From Chiloscyllium plagiosum (taxonomy: Eukaryota): a stretch of 64,000 nt of DNA. The position numbers were made by a program, and so were the translations under genes. The notes under the pieces were generated by a model. It was not told where the DNA came from, did not search any database, and saw only the letters and a program-made list of their open reading frames with translations. The stretch is from NCBI RefSeq assembly GCF_004010195.1, contig NC_057719.1, positions 46,609,533 through 46,673,532 on the forward strand, given 5' to 3'. Positions 1 to 12,966 of this stretch are shown here, one piece after another; position 1 is the first letter of the stretch; each line of letters begins with the position of its first letter.

Positions 1-334
1 GGGGTGACTTGTTAGAGGTTTATAAGATGATCAGGGGAATAGATAGAGTAGACAGTCAGAGACTTTTTCCCCGGGTACAACGGAGTGTTACAAGGGGACA
101 TAAATTTAAGGTGAAGGGTGGAAGGTATAGGGGGGATGTCAGGGATAGTTTCTTTACCCAGAGAGTGGTGGGGCATGGAATGCGCTGCCTGTGGGAGTGG
201 GTGTCAGAATCATTGCTGACCTTTAAGCGGCAATTGAATAGGTACATGGATAGGTGCTTAAGCTAGGAAAAATGTTTGGCACAACATCGTGGGCTGAAGA
301 CCCTGTTCTGTGCTGTATTGTTCTATGTTTCTAT
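1..334 (+). mobile_element. CR1 LINE 3' end (ORF2 C-terminus and 3' UTR)
   Basis: ORF 9..266 reads LEVYKMIRGIDRVD..LFP..TRGHKFKVKGGRYRGDVR..FFTQRVV, the typical CR1 ORF2 C-terminus. It ends in a CTATGTTTCTATG tail. Confidence 0.9.
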
Positions 335-1412
335 GATCATTTGGACAGGCAAATGTCCATCTAGTGTCTGGATAGCATCTGTAATATATAGTATACTTTA
401 ATTTGAAATTAGCACATTTTATATTAATTGACTTCATATTTACAGTGAGTTCAGGCATGTGATTATAAAAGGATACTAAAACCTTGTGACAAGATAAAGT
501 GACAAGACTTTTTTGACAAAGATGTCTTTGGTGTGCTCTAACTGGTGTACTCCAGCGGTTATGTGATGATGAATATTATAGCAGCTATTTGACCTTAAGA
601 TTTCCAAAAATGTGCCATGACTTGAAGCATGATCTCTGCAATTTATGCAAAGTTCCTGAAACAATCACATCTATGCAACCTTATTGAATGTGTCTGGAGA
701 GTGACTTATTGGAATCCAATAGGTTAGAGCAGCATTCTAAATTACTGAAGAGGTTTTATGCATTTTGTGATAGTTATTTTGAACCACTTTTACATGAAGG
801 CTGCTTTGTCTTGATTGTTACCAAAATCATCAGACTGTCCCATCACTATATAGTAATGTGATTAGTAAATTATTTTGCAAATGTAATCATCGTTGTAGGT
901 AAAGAACCCGACCAGTTTTGCATTTAACAATGTCCACTGTCAGCGAGTGAAGAAGGGCTAGTTAATCTATTTTATTTGTGCAGGGTGAAAATTCGTACTT
1001 GGGAAGAAATCTCTGCTCTTTTTTTGTGCTGTTGAACCACTTACCTTAATTTGGACATAAACCTGAACACTGCAATATAAAGTCTATTTTGAAAAATGAC
1101 ACTTTAAACAACACTGCTCCTTAAGTTTATTTTGTCATATTGAGCATGGTGTTCAGAAAAGTAGATAAAGTGCAAAATATATTAAGAAGATTGTGGAATT
1201 GAAACATTTAAACGGGGAACTGCTGACTTGTTATATGTATAATAGTTTTACAGAAATATAAAGCCAACAAAGTAAGAAGATGGGTTAAGATTATTGATAT
1301 CTGTGAATGGATGATGTAAATTGGCAAAAATCCAGGAGGGGTATGTTACATATCTCGAACAGTGCCTGCTAGGTTTATCATTCATTAACTTGAACAGAAG
1401 GGGAAAATTTCT

Positions 1413-2146
1413 TCAGGGGTCAGGAGGGGGATGGGGCTGGGGAGGGGAAGGTAGCTGGGAATGAGATAGGTAGATGAATGTGGGGGGTGATGGTGGTAGG
1501 TTGGAACAGATAGATGCAAAGGAAGATATACAGGTTATGACAGTTCAAGAGAGTGGTGCCAAGTTGGAGGGTTGGATCAGGGATAACGTGGGGGGAGGGG
1601 AGATGAGGAGGAAACTGGCGAAATTGACATTGATTCCGTGTGGTTGAACTCTACCTCCCACTCTGCCAAGGTCATGCTAGTCCTGGGCTGCCTCCACCAC
1701 CAAATCCTAGCCACCCGATGACTGGAGGAAGAACACCTCATCTTCCGCCTTGAGACCCTCCAACCACATGGAATCAATGTTGATTTCACCAGTTTCCTCA
1801 TTCTTCTCTTCCCCCCCCCCCCCCCATTATCCTAGGTCCAACCCTCTAACTTGGCACCGCGATCTTGAACTGTCATACCTGTTCATCTTTCTCCCCACTA
1901 ATCTGCTTCACCCTCCGCTCTGACCTATCACCAATACCCTCCCCAACCTTCATCTACCTATCGCATTCAAAGCTACCTTTCTCCCCCCCCACCCCTCCTC
2001 CCTCAAAAGTCCCAGCCTCCGCTCAATTTGCCTCTCAACTCTCCACTCACCCCATTTTCCTGATGAAGAGCTTATGTTGTTGACTCTCCTGCTCCTCGGC
2101 TGCTGCCTGATTGGTTGCGCTTTTCTAGTGCCATACTTTTTGACTT
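1413..2146 (+). mobile_element. Penelope-like element 3' end with inverted upstream copy (pseudo-LTR)
   Basis: 1722-1796 encodes LEEEHLIFRLETLQPHGINVDFTSF, a GIY-YIG endonuclease C-terminus typical of PLEs. ~1413-1648 is a reverse-complement copy of ~1760-2000. A decayed hammerhead-like CTGATGAAGAGC lies at ~2060. Confidence 0.8.
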
Positions 2147-2366
2147 GTGGGAGAACTTTCCCAATTTTGACATGTGTTCTCAGATATTAGCAAGAAGAAC
2201 TTTAAAAGGTCAATAGAAATGTATGTGCCTTTGCTGTTTCTGGTGACTTGGTCAATGCCATTTGAGCCATTCAGTTTCATTCCTTTTACCAGAGTTTGTA
2301 CTAGTTAGAAACAACTGAGTGATTTGCTATTGTCAGTAAATATTCAATTTTTTTTTTCCCCTACAG

Positions 2367-2420
2367 GCTCCAGTGATGATTCATCCAAGGCTGGCTTATT
2401 TGCTCTTTGCACATTGGATG
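2367..2420 (+). CDS. ITFG2: Internal 54-bp coding exon of KICSTOR subunit ITFG2 (phase 1 to phase 1)
   Basis: Strong acceptor (T-run CCCCTACAG|) and donor (|GTAAGG). It translates as (G)SSDDSSKAGLFALCTLD(G), matching in length and motif the human ITFG2 segment GHGTESSGSGLFALCTLDG, recalled from memory rather than searched. Confidence 0.85.
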
Positions 2421-2589
2421 GTAAGGACTTGTAATTATTTCTAGTTTGGCATAACAATAAAGTCTAGAGATTTTATTTTCTTTCCAACATGTTTTTCAAA
2501 CCAGCAAGGTCAATCATTACCTTTTCTCACTGTCATCATTTCTAAGATAGTGCATTATTCCACAATGAATGGTTATCCACATTATATTC

Positions 2590-3942
2590 ACGGTTTAAGA
2601 ATGGTGGTAAGGACAAGCCAGGGAGCTATAGACCAATGAGCCTGATGGTGGTGGGCAGGTTGTTGGAGGGAATGCTGTACATGTATTTGGAAAGGCAAGG
2701 GCTGTTAGGGATAGTCAACATGGCTTTGTGTGTAGAAAGTGATGTCTCACAAACTTAATTGAGTTTTTTGACAATGTAACAAAGGATTGATGAGGGCACA
2801 GCTGTAGATGTGATCTATGCGGGCTTCAGTAACGCGTTCAACAAGGTTCCCTATGGGAGACTGGTGAACAAGGTTAGATCTCAAGGAATACAGGGAGAAC
2901 TAGCCATTTGGATACAAAGGTAGAAGACAGAGGGTGGTGGTGGAGGGTTTTTTTTCAGACTGGAGACCTGTGACCAGCGGAGTGCCATAAGCATCAGTGC
3001 TAGGTACACTACTTTTTGTCATTTATATAAATGATTTAGATGTGAGCATAAACAGCATAGTTCGTAAGTTTGCAGATGACATCAAAATTGGAGGTGCAGT
3101 GGATAGTGAAGATTATAATGGGATCTTGATCGGATGGGCCAAAGGGTTGAGAAGAGGCGGGTGGAGGTTAATTCGGATAAATATGAGGTACTGCATTTTG
3201 GGAAAGCAAATCTTAACAGGACTTGCACACTTAATGGTAAGCTCCTAGGGGGTGTTGCTGGACAAAGAGACCTTGGAGTGCAGGTTCATAGCTCCTTGAA
3301 AGTGGAGTTGCAGGTAGATAGAATAGTGAAGGTGTTTGGTATGCTTTCGCTTATTGGTCAGAGTATAGAGTACAAGAGTTGGGAGGCCATGTTGCGGCTG
3401 TACAGGATATTGGTTAGGCCATTATTGGAATATTGTATGCAATTCTGATCTTCCTATCAGAAAGATGTTGTGAAACTTGAAAATGTTCAGAAAAAATTTA
3501 TAAGGACGTTGCCAGGGTTGGAGGACTTGAGCTATGGGGTGACGTTGAACAGGCTAGGGCTGTTTTCCTTAGAGCATCGGAGGCTGAGGGGTGACCTTTG
3601 TAGAGGTTTGTGAAATCATGTTGGGTATGGATAGGATAAATAGACAAAGTCTTTTCCCTGGGTTGGGGAAGCCAGAACTAGAGGGCATAGGTTTAGGTTG
3701 AAAGGGGAAAAATATAAGAGACCTAAAGGGCAACTTTTTCACGCAGAGGGTGGTACATGTATGGAATGAGCTGCCAGAGGAAGTGGTGGAGGCTAGCACA
3801 ATTGCAACATTTTAGAGGCATCTGGATGGGTATCTGAATAGGAAGAGTTTGGAGGGATATGGGCTGGGTGCTGGCAGGGGGGACTAGATTGGGTTGGGAT
3901 ATTGGTCAGCATGGGTCTGTTTCCATGCTGTACATCTATGAC
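2590..3942 (+). mobile_element. CR1 LINE, 5'-truncated (RT to 3' end), degenerate
   Basis: ORF fragments [20 protein letters not shown] and LYRILVRPLLEYC. The 3' UTR ends in CTGTTTCCATGCTGTACATCTATGAC, directly abutting the minisatellite. Confidence 0.9.
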
Positions 3943-6900
3943 GGAAGCAGTCCCGGAGTAGCAGCCGGCACGGGGAAGCAGTCCCAGAGTAGCAGCCGGC
4001 ACGGGGAAGCAGTCCTGGAGTAGCAGCTGGGACGAGGAAGCAGTCCCAGAGTATCAGCCGGGACGGGGAAGCAGTCCCGGAATAGCAGCCAACATTGGGA
4101 AGCAGTCCCAGAGTAGCAGCCGGCACGGGGAAGCAGTCCCGGAGTAGCAGCCGGCACGGGGAAGCAGTCCCGGAGTAGCAGCCGATACAAGGAAGCAGTC
4201 CCAGAGTAGCAGCCGACACAAGGAAGCAGTCCCGGAGTAGCAGCCGATACAAGGAAGCAGTCCCAGAGTAGCAGCCGGGACGGGGAAGCAGTCCCAGAGT
4301 ATCAGCCGGGACGGGGAAGCAGTCCCGGAGTAGCAGCCGACACGAGGAAGCAGTCCCGGAGTAGCAGCTGATACGGGGAAGCTGTCCCGGAGTATCAGCC
4401 GATACGGGGAAGCAGACCCGGAGTATCAGCCGATACAAGGAAGCAGTCCCGGAGTAGCAGCCGACACGGGGAAGCAGTCCCAGAGTAGCAGCCGGGAGGA
4501 GGAAGCAGTCCCGGAATAGCAGCCAACATTGGGAAGCAGTCCCAGAGTAGCAGCCGGCACGGGGAAGCAGTCCCGGAGTAGCAGCCGGCACGGTGAAGCA
4601 GTCCCGGAGTAGCAGCCGACACAGGGAAGCAGTCCCGGAGTAGCAGCCGACACGGTGAAGCAGTCCCGGAGTAGCAGCCGATACAGGGAAGCAGTCCCGG
4701 AGTAGCAGCTGGGACGAGGAAGCAGTCCCGGAGTAGCAGCCGATACGGGGAAGCAGTCCCGGAGTCGCAGTTGGGACGAGGAAGCAGTCCCGGAGTAGTA
4801 GCCGACACAAGGAAGCAGTCCCGGAGTAGCAGCCGGGAGGAGGAAGCAGTCCCGGAATAGCAGCCAACATTGGGAAGCAGTCCCAGAGTAGCAGCCGGCA
4901 CGGGGAAGCAGTCCCGGAGTAGCAGCTGGGACGAGGAAGCAGTCCCGGAATAGCAGCCAACATTGGGAAGCAGTCCCGCAGTAGCAGCCGATACAAGGAA
5001 GCAGTCCCAGAGTAGCAGCCGGGAGGAGGAAGCAGTCCCGGAATAGCAGCCAACATTGGGAAGCAGTCCCGGAGTAGCAGCCAGCACGGGGAAGCAGTCC
5101 CGGAGTAGCAGCTGGGACGAGGAAGCAGTCCCGGAATAGCAGCCAACATTGGGAAGCAGTCCCAGAGTAGCAGCCGATACGGGGAAGCAGTCCCGGAGTA
5201 GCAGCCATTACAGGGCAGCAGTCCCGGAGTAGCAGCCGGGACGAGGGAAGCAGTCCCGGAGTAGCGGCCGACACAGGGAAACAGTCCCGGAGTAGCAGCC
5301 GATACGGGGAAGCAGTATTGGAGAAGCGGACGGCACGGGGAAGCAGTCCCGGAGTAGCAGCCGACATGGGGAAGCAGTCCCGGAGTAGCAGCCGATACGG
5401 GGAAGCAGTCACGGAGTAGCAGCTGGGACGAGGAAGCAGTCCCGGAGTAGCAGCCGATACGGGGAAGCAGTTCCGGAGTAGCAGCTGGGACGAGGAAGCA
5501 GTCCCGGAGTAGTAGCCGACACAGGGAAGCAGTCCCGGAGTAGCAGCCGACACAGGGAAGGAGTCCCAGAGTAGCAGCTGACACGGTGAAGCAGTCCCGG
5601 AGTAGCAGCCGACACAGGGAAGCAGTCCCGGAGTAGCAGCTGACACGGTGAAGCAGTCCCGGAGTAGCAGCCGATACGGGGAAGCAGTCCCGGAGTAGCA
5701 GCTGGGACGAGGAAGCAGTCCCGGAGTAGCAGCCGACACAGGGAAGGAGTCCCAGAGTGGCAGCCGACACGGGGAAGCAATCCCGGAGTAGCAGCTGGGA
5801 CGGGGAAGAAGTCCCGGAGTAGCAGCCGACACGGGGAAGCAGTCCCGGAGTAGCAGCCGACACAGGGAAGCAGTCCCGGAGTAGCAGCCGACACGGGGAA
5901 GCAGTCCCGGAGTAGCAGCCGATACCGGGAAGCAGTCCCGGAGTAGCAGCCGGGACGGGGAAGCAGTCCCGGAGTAGCAGCCGATACGGGGAAGCAGTCC
6001 CGGAGTAGCAGCAGATACGGGGAAGCAGTCCCGGAGTAGCAGCAGATACGGGGAAGCAGTCCCGGAGTAGAGCCGATACCCCGATACCGGGAAGCAGTCC
6101 CGGAGTAGCAGCCGATACCGGGAAGCAGTCCCGGAGTAGCAGCCGATACGGGGAAGCAGTCCCGGAGTAGCAGCAGATACGGGGAAGCAGTCCCGGAGTA
6201 GCAGCAGATACGGGGAAGCTGTCCCGGAGTAGCAGCCGACACGGGGAAGCAGTCCCAGAGTATCAGCCGATACGGGGAAGCTGTCCCGGAGTAGCAGCAG
6301 ATACGGGGAAGCAGTCCCAGAGTAGCAGCTGGGACGGGGAACAGACCCGGAGTAGCAGCTGGGACGGGGAACAGACCCAGAGTAGCAGCCGATACCATGA
6401 AGCAGTCCCGGAGTAGCAGCCGATACGGGGAAGCAGTCCCGGAGTAGCAGCCGATACGGGGAAGCAGTCCTGGAGTAGCAGCCGGGACGAGGGAAGCAAT
6501 CCCAGAGTAGCAGCCGACACGGGGAAGCAGTCCCGGAGTAGCAGCCGATACGGGGAAGCAGTCCCGGAGTAGCAGCCGATACGGGGAAGCAGTCACGGAG
6601 TAGCAGCCGACACGGGGAAGCTGTCCCGGAGTAGCAGCCGATACAGGGAAGCAGTCCCGGAGTAGTGGCCGACACGGGGAAACAGTCCCGGAGTAGCAGC
6701 CGACACATGGAAACAGTCCCGGAGTAGCAGCCGATACGGGGAAGCAGTCCTGGAGTAGCAGCCGGGACGAGGGAAGCAATCCCAGAGTAGCAGCCGACAT
6801 GGGGAAGCAGTCCCGGAGTAGCAGCCGACACGGGGAAGCAGTCCCGGAGTAGCAGCCGATACGGGGAAGCAGTCCCGGAGTAGCAGCCAGGACGAGGAAG

Positions 6901-9900
6901 CAGTCCCGGAGTAGCAGCCGATACGGGGAAGCAGTCCTGGAGTAGCAGCCGGGACGGGGAAGCAGTCCCAGAGTAGCAGCCGATATGCGGAAGCTGTCCC
7001 GGAGTAGCAGCCGACACGAGGAAGCAGTCCCGGAGTATCAGCCGACATGTGGAAGCAGTCTCGGAGTAGCAGCCGATACGGGGAAGCAGTCCCGGAGTAG
7101 CAGCCGGGACGAGGAAGCAGTCCCGGAGTAGCAGCCGATACGGGGAAGCTGTCCCGGAGTATCAGCCAACACAGGGAAGCAGTCCCGGAGTAGCAGCTGG
7201 GACGAGGGAAGCTGTCCCGGAGTAGCAGCCGACACAGGGAAGCAGTCCCGGAGTAGCAGCCGGGACGAGGGAAGCAGTCCCGGAGTAGCAGCCGATACGG
7301 GGAAGCAGTCCCGGAGTAGTGGCCGACACAGGGAAACAGTCCTGGAGTAGCAGCCGATACGGGGAAGCAGTCCCGGAGTAGCAGCCGACACAGGGAAGCA
7401 GTCCCGGAGTATCAGCCGGGACGGGGAAGCAGTCCCGGAGTAGCAGCCGACACGGGGAAGCAGTCCCGAAGTAGCAGCCTACACGGGGACGCAGTCCGGG
7501 AGTAGCAGCTGGGATGGGTAGGCAGTCCCGGAGTATCAGCCGACACGAGGAAGCAGTCCCGGAGTAGCAGCCGATACGGGGAAGCTGTCCCGGAGTAGCA
7601 GCCGACATGAGGAAGCAGTCCCGGAGTATCAGCCGACATGTGGAAGCAGTCCCGGAGTAGCAGCCGATACGGGGAAGCAGTCCCGGAGTAGCAGCCGACA
7701 CGGGGAAGCAGTCCCGGAGTAGCAGCCGACACGGTGAAGCAGTCCCAGAGTATCAGCCGACACGGGGAAGCAGTCCCGGAGTATCAGCCGATACAGGGAA
7801 GCAGTCCCGGAGTAGCAGCCGACACGGGGAAGCAGTCCCAGAGTATCAGCCGACACGGTGAAGCAGTCCCGGAGTAGCAGCCGACACAGCGAAGCAGTCC
7901 CGGAGTAGCATCCGATACAGGGAAGCAGTCCCGGAGTAGCAGCCGACACGGGGAAGCAGTCCCAGAGTGTCAGCCGACACGGGGAAGCAGTCACGGAGTA
8001 GCAGCCGACACAGTGAAGCAGTCCCGGAGTAGCAGCCGACACGGGGAAGCAGTCCCGGAGTAGCAGCCGATACAGGAAAGCAGTCCCGGAGTAGCAGCTG
8101 GGACGAGGAAGCAGTCCCGGAGTAGCAGCCGATACGGGGAAGCAGTCCCGGAGTAGCAGTTGGGACAAGGATGCAGTCCCGGAGTAGTAGCCGACACAGG
8201 GAAGCAGTCCCGGAGTAGCGGCCGATATGGGGAAGCAGTCCCGGAGTAGCAGCCGATACGGGGAAGCAGTCGCGGAGTAGCAGCTGGGACGGGGAAGCAG
8301 TCCCGGAGTAGCAGCCGACACGGGGAAGCAGTCCCGGAGTATCAGCCAGTACGGGGAAGCAGTCCCGGAGTAGCAGCCGACACGGGGAAGCAGTCCCAGA
8401 GTAGCGACGGGCGCGGGGAAGCAGTCCCGCAGTAATGGCCGGTGTGGGGAAGCAGGCCCGGAGTAGCGGGGGGAGTGGGGAAGCCGGCACGGAGTAGCGG
8501 GCAGTGTGGGGAAGCAGAACCCAGAATAGCTGCCGGTGTAGGGAATGAGGCCCGGAGTAGCAGCCGGTGTGGGGAAGCAGTCCCGGAGTAGCGGCAGGTG
8601 TGGGGAAGCAGTCCCGGAGTAGCGGCGGGTGTGGGGAAGCACGCCTGGAGTAGCAGTGGGTGTGGGGAAGCAGGCGCGGAGTAGCGGCAGGTGTGGGGAA
8701 GCAGTCCCGGAGTAGCAGCGGGTGTGGGGATGCAGTCCCGGAGTAGCGGCGGGTGTGGGGAAGCACGCCTGGAGTAGCAGTGGGTGTGGGGAAGCAGGCG
8801 CGGAGTAGCGGGCGGTGTGGGGAAGCAGAACCCAGAGTAGCTGCCAGTGTAGGGAATGAGGACCGGAGTAGCAGCCGGGGTGGAGAAGCAGTCCAGGAGT
8901 AATGGCTGGTCTGGGGAACGGTCCTGGCGTAGCGGCCGGTGTGCGGAAGCAGACCCAGAGTAATGGTCGGTGTGGGGAATCAATCCCGGAGTAATGGTCG
9001 GTGTGGGGAATCAATCCCGGAGTAATGGTCAGTGCGGAGAAGAAATCCCGGAGTAATGGTCGGAGCGGGTAATCAATCCCGGAGTAATGGCCAGAGCAGG
9101 GAAGCAATCCCGGAGTAATGGCCGGTGTGGGGAATCAATCCCAGAGTAGTGGCCGGTGTGGGAAGCAGTCCCGGAGTAATGGCCTGTGTGGGGAAGCAGA
9201 CCCAGAGTAGCAGCCGGTGTGGGGAAGCAGGCCCGGAGTAACGGCAGGTGTGGGGAATCAATCCCAGAGTAGTGGCCGGTGTGGGAAGCAATCCCGGAAT
9301 AACGGCCGGTGTGGGGAAGCAGTCCCAGAGTAACGTCCAGTGTGGTGAAGCAGGCCCGGAGTAACGGCAGGTGTGGGGAAGCAGTCCTGGAGTAATGGCC
9401 AGTGTGGGGAAGCAGACCCGGAGTAGCAGCCGGTGTGGGGAAGCACACCTGGAGTAGCAGCCGGGACGGGGAAGCAGACCCGGAGGCAGACCCGGAGTAG
9501 CGGCCGGTGTGGGGAAGCAGACCGGAATAACGGCCGGTGTGGGGAAGAGGTCCCAGAGTAATGGCCAGTGTGGGGAAGCAGGCCCGGAGGAGTGGCCGCT
9601 GTGGGGAAGCAGATCCGGAGTAATGGCCGGTGTGGGGAAGCGGTCCCGGAGTAGCAGCCGACACGGGGAAGCAGTCCCAGAGTAGCGGCTGGTGTGTGGT
9701 AGCAGACTCGGAGTAGCGGCCGGTGTGCAGAACGGTCCCGGAGTAATTGTCGGTGTGGAAAATCAATCCCGGAGTAATGGCCGGTGCGGGGAAGCAATCC
9801 CGGAATAATTGCCGGTGTGGGGAATCAATCCCAGAGTAGCGGCCGGTGCGGGGAAGCAGTCCCGGAGTAATGGCCGCTGTGGGGAACAGTCCCGGAGTAG

Positions 9901-12900
9901 CAGCCGACACGGGGAACCAGTCCCGGAATAATGGCCGGTGTGGGGAATCAATCCCGGAGTAATGGCCGGTGTGGGGAAGTAGTCCCGGAGTAAAGGCCGG
10001 TCTGGGGAACAGTCCAGGAGTAATGGCCGGTGTGGGGAATCAATCCCGGAGTAATGGCCGGTGCGGGAGAGCAATCCCGGAGTAATGGCCGGTGTGGGGA
10101 ATCAATCCCGGAGTACTGGTCTGTGCGGGGAAGCAATCCCGGAGTAATGGCCGGTGTGGGGAACCAATCCCAGAGTAATGGCCAGTGTGGGGAACCAGTC
10201 CCGGAGTAACGGCCGGTGTGGGGAATCAATCCCAGAGTAATGGTCGGTGTGGGGAATCAATCCCGAAGTAATGGCCGGTGTGGGGAATCAATCCCGAAGT
10301 AATGGCCGGTGCGGGGAATCAATCCCGAAGTAATGGCCGGTGCGGGGAATCAATCCCGAAGTAATGGTTGGTGTGGGGAAGCAGACTCGGAGTAGCGGCC
10401 GGTGTGGGGAAGCAGTCCCGGAGTAACGGCCGGTGTGGGGAAGCAGACGCGGAGTAATGGCCGATGTGGGGAAGCAGTCCCGGAGTAATGGTCGGTGTGG
10501 AAAATCAATCCCGGAGTAATGGCCGGTGCGGGGAAGCAATCCCGGAGTAATTGCCGGTGTGGGGAATCAATCCCGGAGTAGCGGCCAGTGCGGGGAAGCA
10601 GTCCTGGAGTAACGGCCGGTGTGGGGTCGCAATCCCAGAGTAAGGCCGGTGTGTGGAACCAGTCCCGGAGTAGTGGCTGGCACAGGGAGGCAGCCCCAGA
10701 GTAGCAGCCGGCATGGTGAAGCAGTCCTGGAGTAATGGCAGATGAGGGGAAGCAGACTCGAAGTAATGGTCGGTGTGGGGAATCAATCCCAGAGTAATGG
10801 CCGGTGTGGGGAAGCAGTCCTGGAGTAATGGTCGGTGTGGAAAATCAATCCCGGAGTAATGGCCGGTGCGGGGAATCAGACCTGGAGTAAAGGCCGGTGT
10901 GGGGAAGCATTCCCGGAGTAAAGGCCGGTGTGAGGAAGCGGACCCGGAGTAATGTCCGGTGTGGGGAAGCTGTCCCGGAGTAATGTCCGGTGTGGGGAAG
11001 CTGTCCCAGAGTAATGGCCGGTGTGGGGAAGCTGTCCCGGAGTAATGTCCGGTGTGGGGAAGCTGTCCCAGAGTAATGGCCGGTGTGGGGAAGCAGACCT
11101 GGAGTAATGGCCGGTGTGGGGAAGCAGACCCGGAGTAATGGCCGGTGTGGGGAAGCAGACCCAGAGTAATGGCCGGTGTGGGGAAGCTGTCCCAGAGTAA
11201 CAGCCGGTGTGGGGAAGCAGACCCGGAGTAACGGCCGGTGTGGGGAAGCAGTCCCGGAGTAATGGCTGGTGAGGGGAAGCTGTCCCAGAGTAATGTCCGG
11301 TGTGGGGAAGCTGTCCCAGAGTAATGGCCGGTGTGGGGAAGCAGGCCCAGAGTAACAGCCCGTGTGGGGAAGCAGGCCCGGAGTAGCGGCCGGTGTGGGG
11401 AATGGTCCCGGAATAATGGCCGGTGTGGGGAACGGTCCCTGAGTAGTGGCCGGTATGGAGAAGCAGACCCGGAGTAGCGGCCGGTGTGGAGAAGCAGTCC
11501 TGGAGTAATGGTCGGTGTGGAAAATCAATCCTGGAGTAATGGCCGGTGCGGGGAAGCAATCCCGGAGTAATTGCTGATGTGGGGAATCAATCCTGGAGTA
11601 ATGGTCGGTGCGGGGAAGCAATCCCGGAGTAACGGCCGGTGTGGGGAAGCAGAGCTGGAGTAACGGCCGGTGTGGGGAAGCAGACCCAGAGTAATGGTCA
11701 ATGCGGGGAAGCAATCCCGGAGTAATGGCCTGTGTGGGGAAGCAGACCTGGAGTAAAGGCCGGCGTGGGGAAGCAGTCCCAGAGTTGCGGCCAGTGTGGG
11801 GTAGCAGTCCCAGAGTAACAGCCAATGTGGGGAAGCAGTCCCGGAGTAATGGTCGGTGTGGGGAAGCAGACCCGGAGTAATGGTCGGTGTGGAAAATCAA
11901 TCCCGGAGTAATGGCCGGTGCAGGGAAGCAATCGCGGAGTAATTGCCGGTGTGGGGAATCAATCCTGAAGTAATGGCCGGTGTGGGGAAGCAGTCCTGGA
12001 CTGGAGGCTGACATGGGGAAGCAATCCCAGAGTAACAGCCGGTGTGGGGAAGCAGTCCCGGAGTAGCCGCCGGCACGGGGAAGCAGACCCGGATTAGCAG
12101 CCGGCACAGGGAAGCAGTCCCAGAGTAGTAACTGACATGGGGAAGCAGTCCCAGAGGAGTAACGGCCTGGAGTAATGGCCGGTGTGGGGAAGCAGACCCG
12201 GAGTAGCGGCTGGTGTGGGGAAGCAGACCCGGAGTAATGTCCGGTGTGGGGTAGCAGACCCGGAGTAGCGGCTGGTGTGGGGAAGCAGACCCGGAGTAAT
12301 GTCCGGTGTGGGGTAGCAGACCCAGAGTAACGGCCGGTGTGGGGAAGCAGACCCGGAGTAACAGCCGGTGTGGGGAAGCAGACCCGGAGTAACAGCCGGT
12401 GTGGGGTAGCAGACCCAGAGTAATGGCCGGTGAGGGGAAACAGTCCTGGAGTAACGGCCGGTGTCAGGAAGCAGATCCAGAGTAATGGCCGGTGTGGGGA
12501 AGCAGACCCGGAGTAATGGCCGGTGTGGGGAGACAGTCTCGGAGTAATGGCCGGTGAGGGGAAGCATTCCCGGAGTAACGGCCGGTGTAGGGAAACAGTC
12601 CCGGAGTAACGGCCGGTGTGGGGAAGCAGACCCGGAGTAATGGCCGATGTGGGGAAACAGTCCCGGAGTAACGGCCGGTGTGGGGAAGCAGACCCGGAGT
12701 AATGGCCGGTGTGGGGAAGCAGTCCCGGAGTAATGGCCGGTGTGGGGAAGCAGTCCCGGAGTAATGGCCGGTGAGGGGAAGCATTCCCGGAGTAACGGCC
12801 GGTGTAGGGAAGCAGACCCGGAGTAATGGCCGGTGTGGGGAAACAGTCCCGGAGTAATGGCCGGTGAGGGGAAGCAGTCCCGGAGTAATGGCAGGTGTGG

Positions 12901-12966
12901 AGAAGCAGTCCCGGAGTAATGGCCGGTGTGGGGTAACAGTCCTGGAGTAATGGCTGGTGTGGGGAG
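3943..12966. repeat. ~9 kb GC-rich minisatellite, ~31-bp unit (roughly 290 copies), two sub-arrays
   Basis: Left unit GGGGAAGCAGTCCCGGAGTAGCAGCCGAYAC (~3943-8400); right unit GGGGAAGCAGWCCCGGAGTAATGGCCGGTGT (~8400-12966). The long minus-strand ORFs are a by-product of the repeat. Confidence 0.98.

Noticed and set aside
3943..12966. CRISPR-like appearance (~31-bp repeats with a small GGGA/TCCC palindrome)
   Set aside because: Units are contiguous with no unique spacers, there are no cas genes, and the context is vertebrate.
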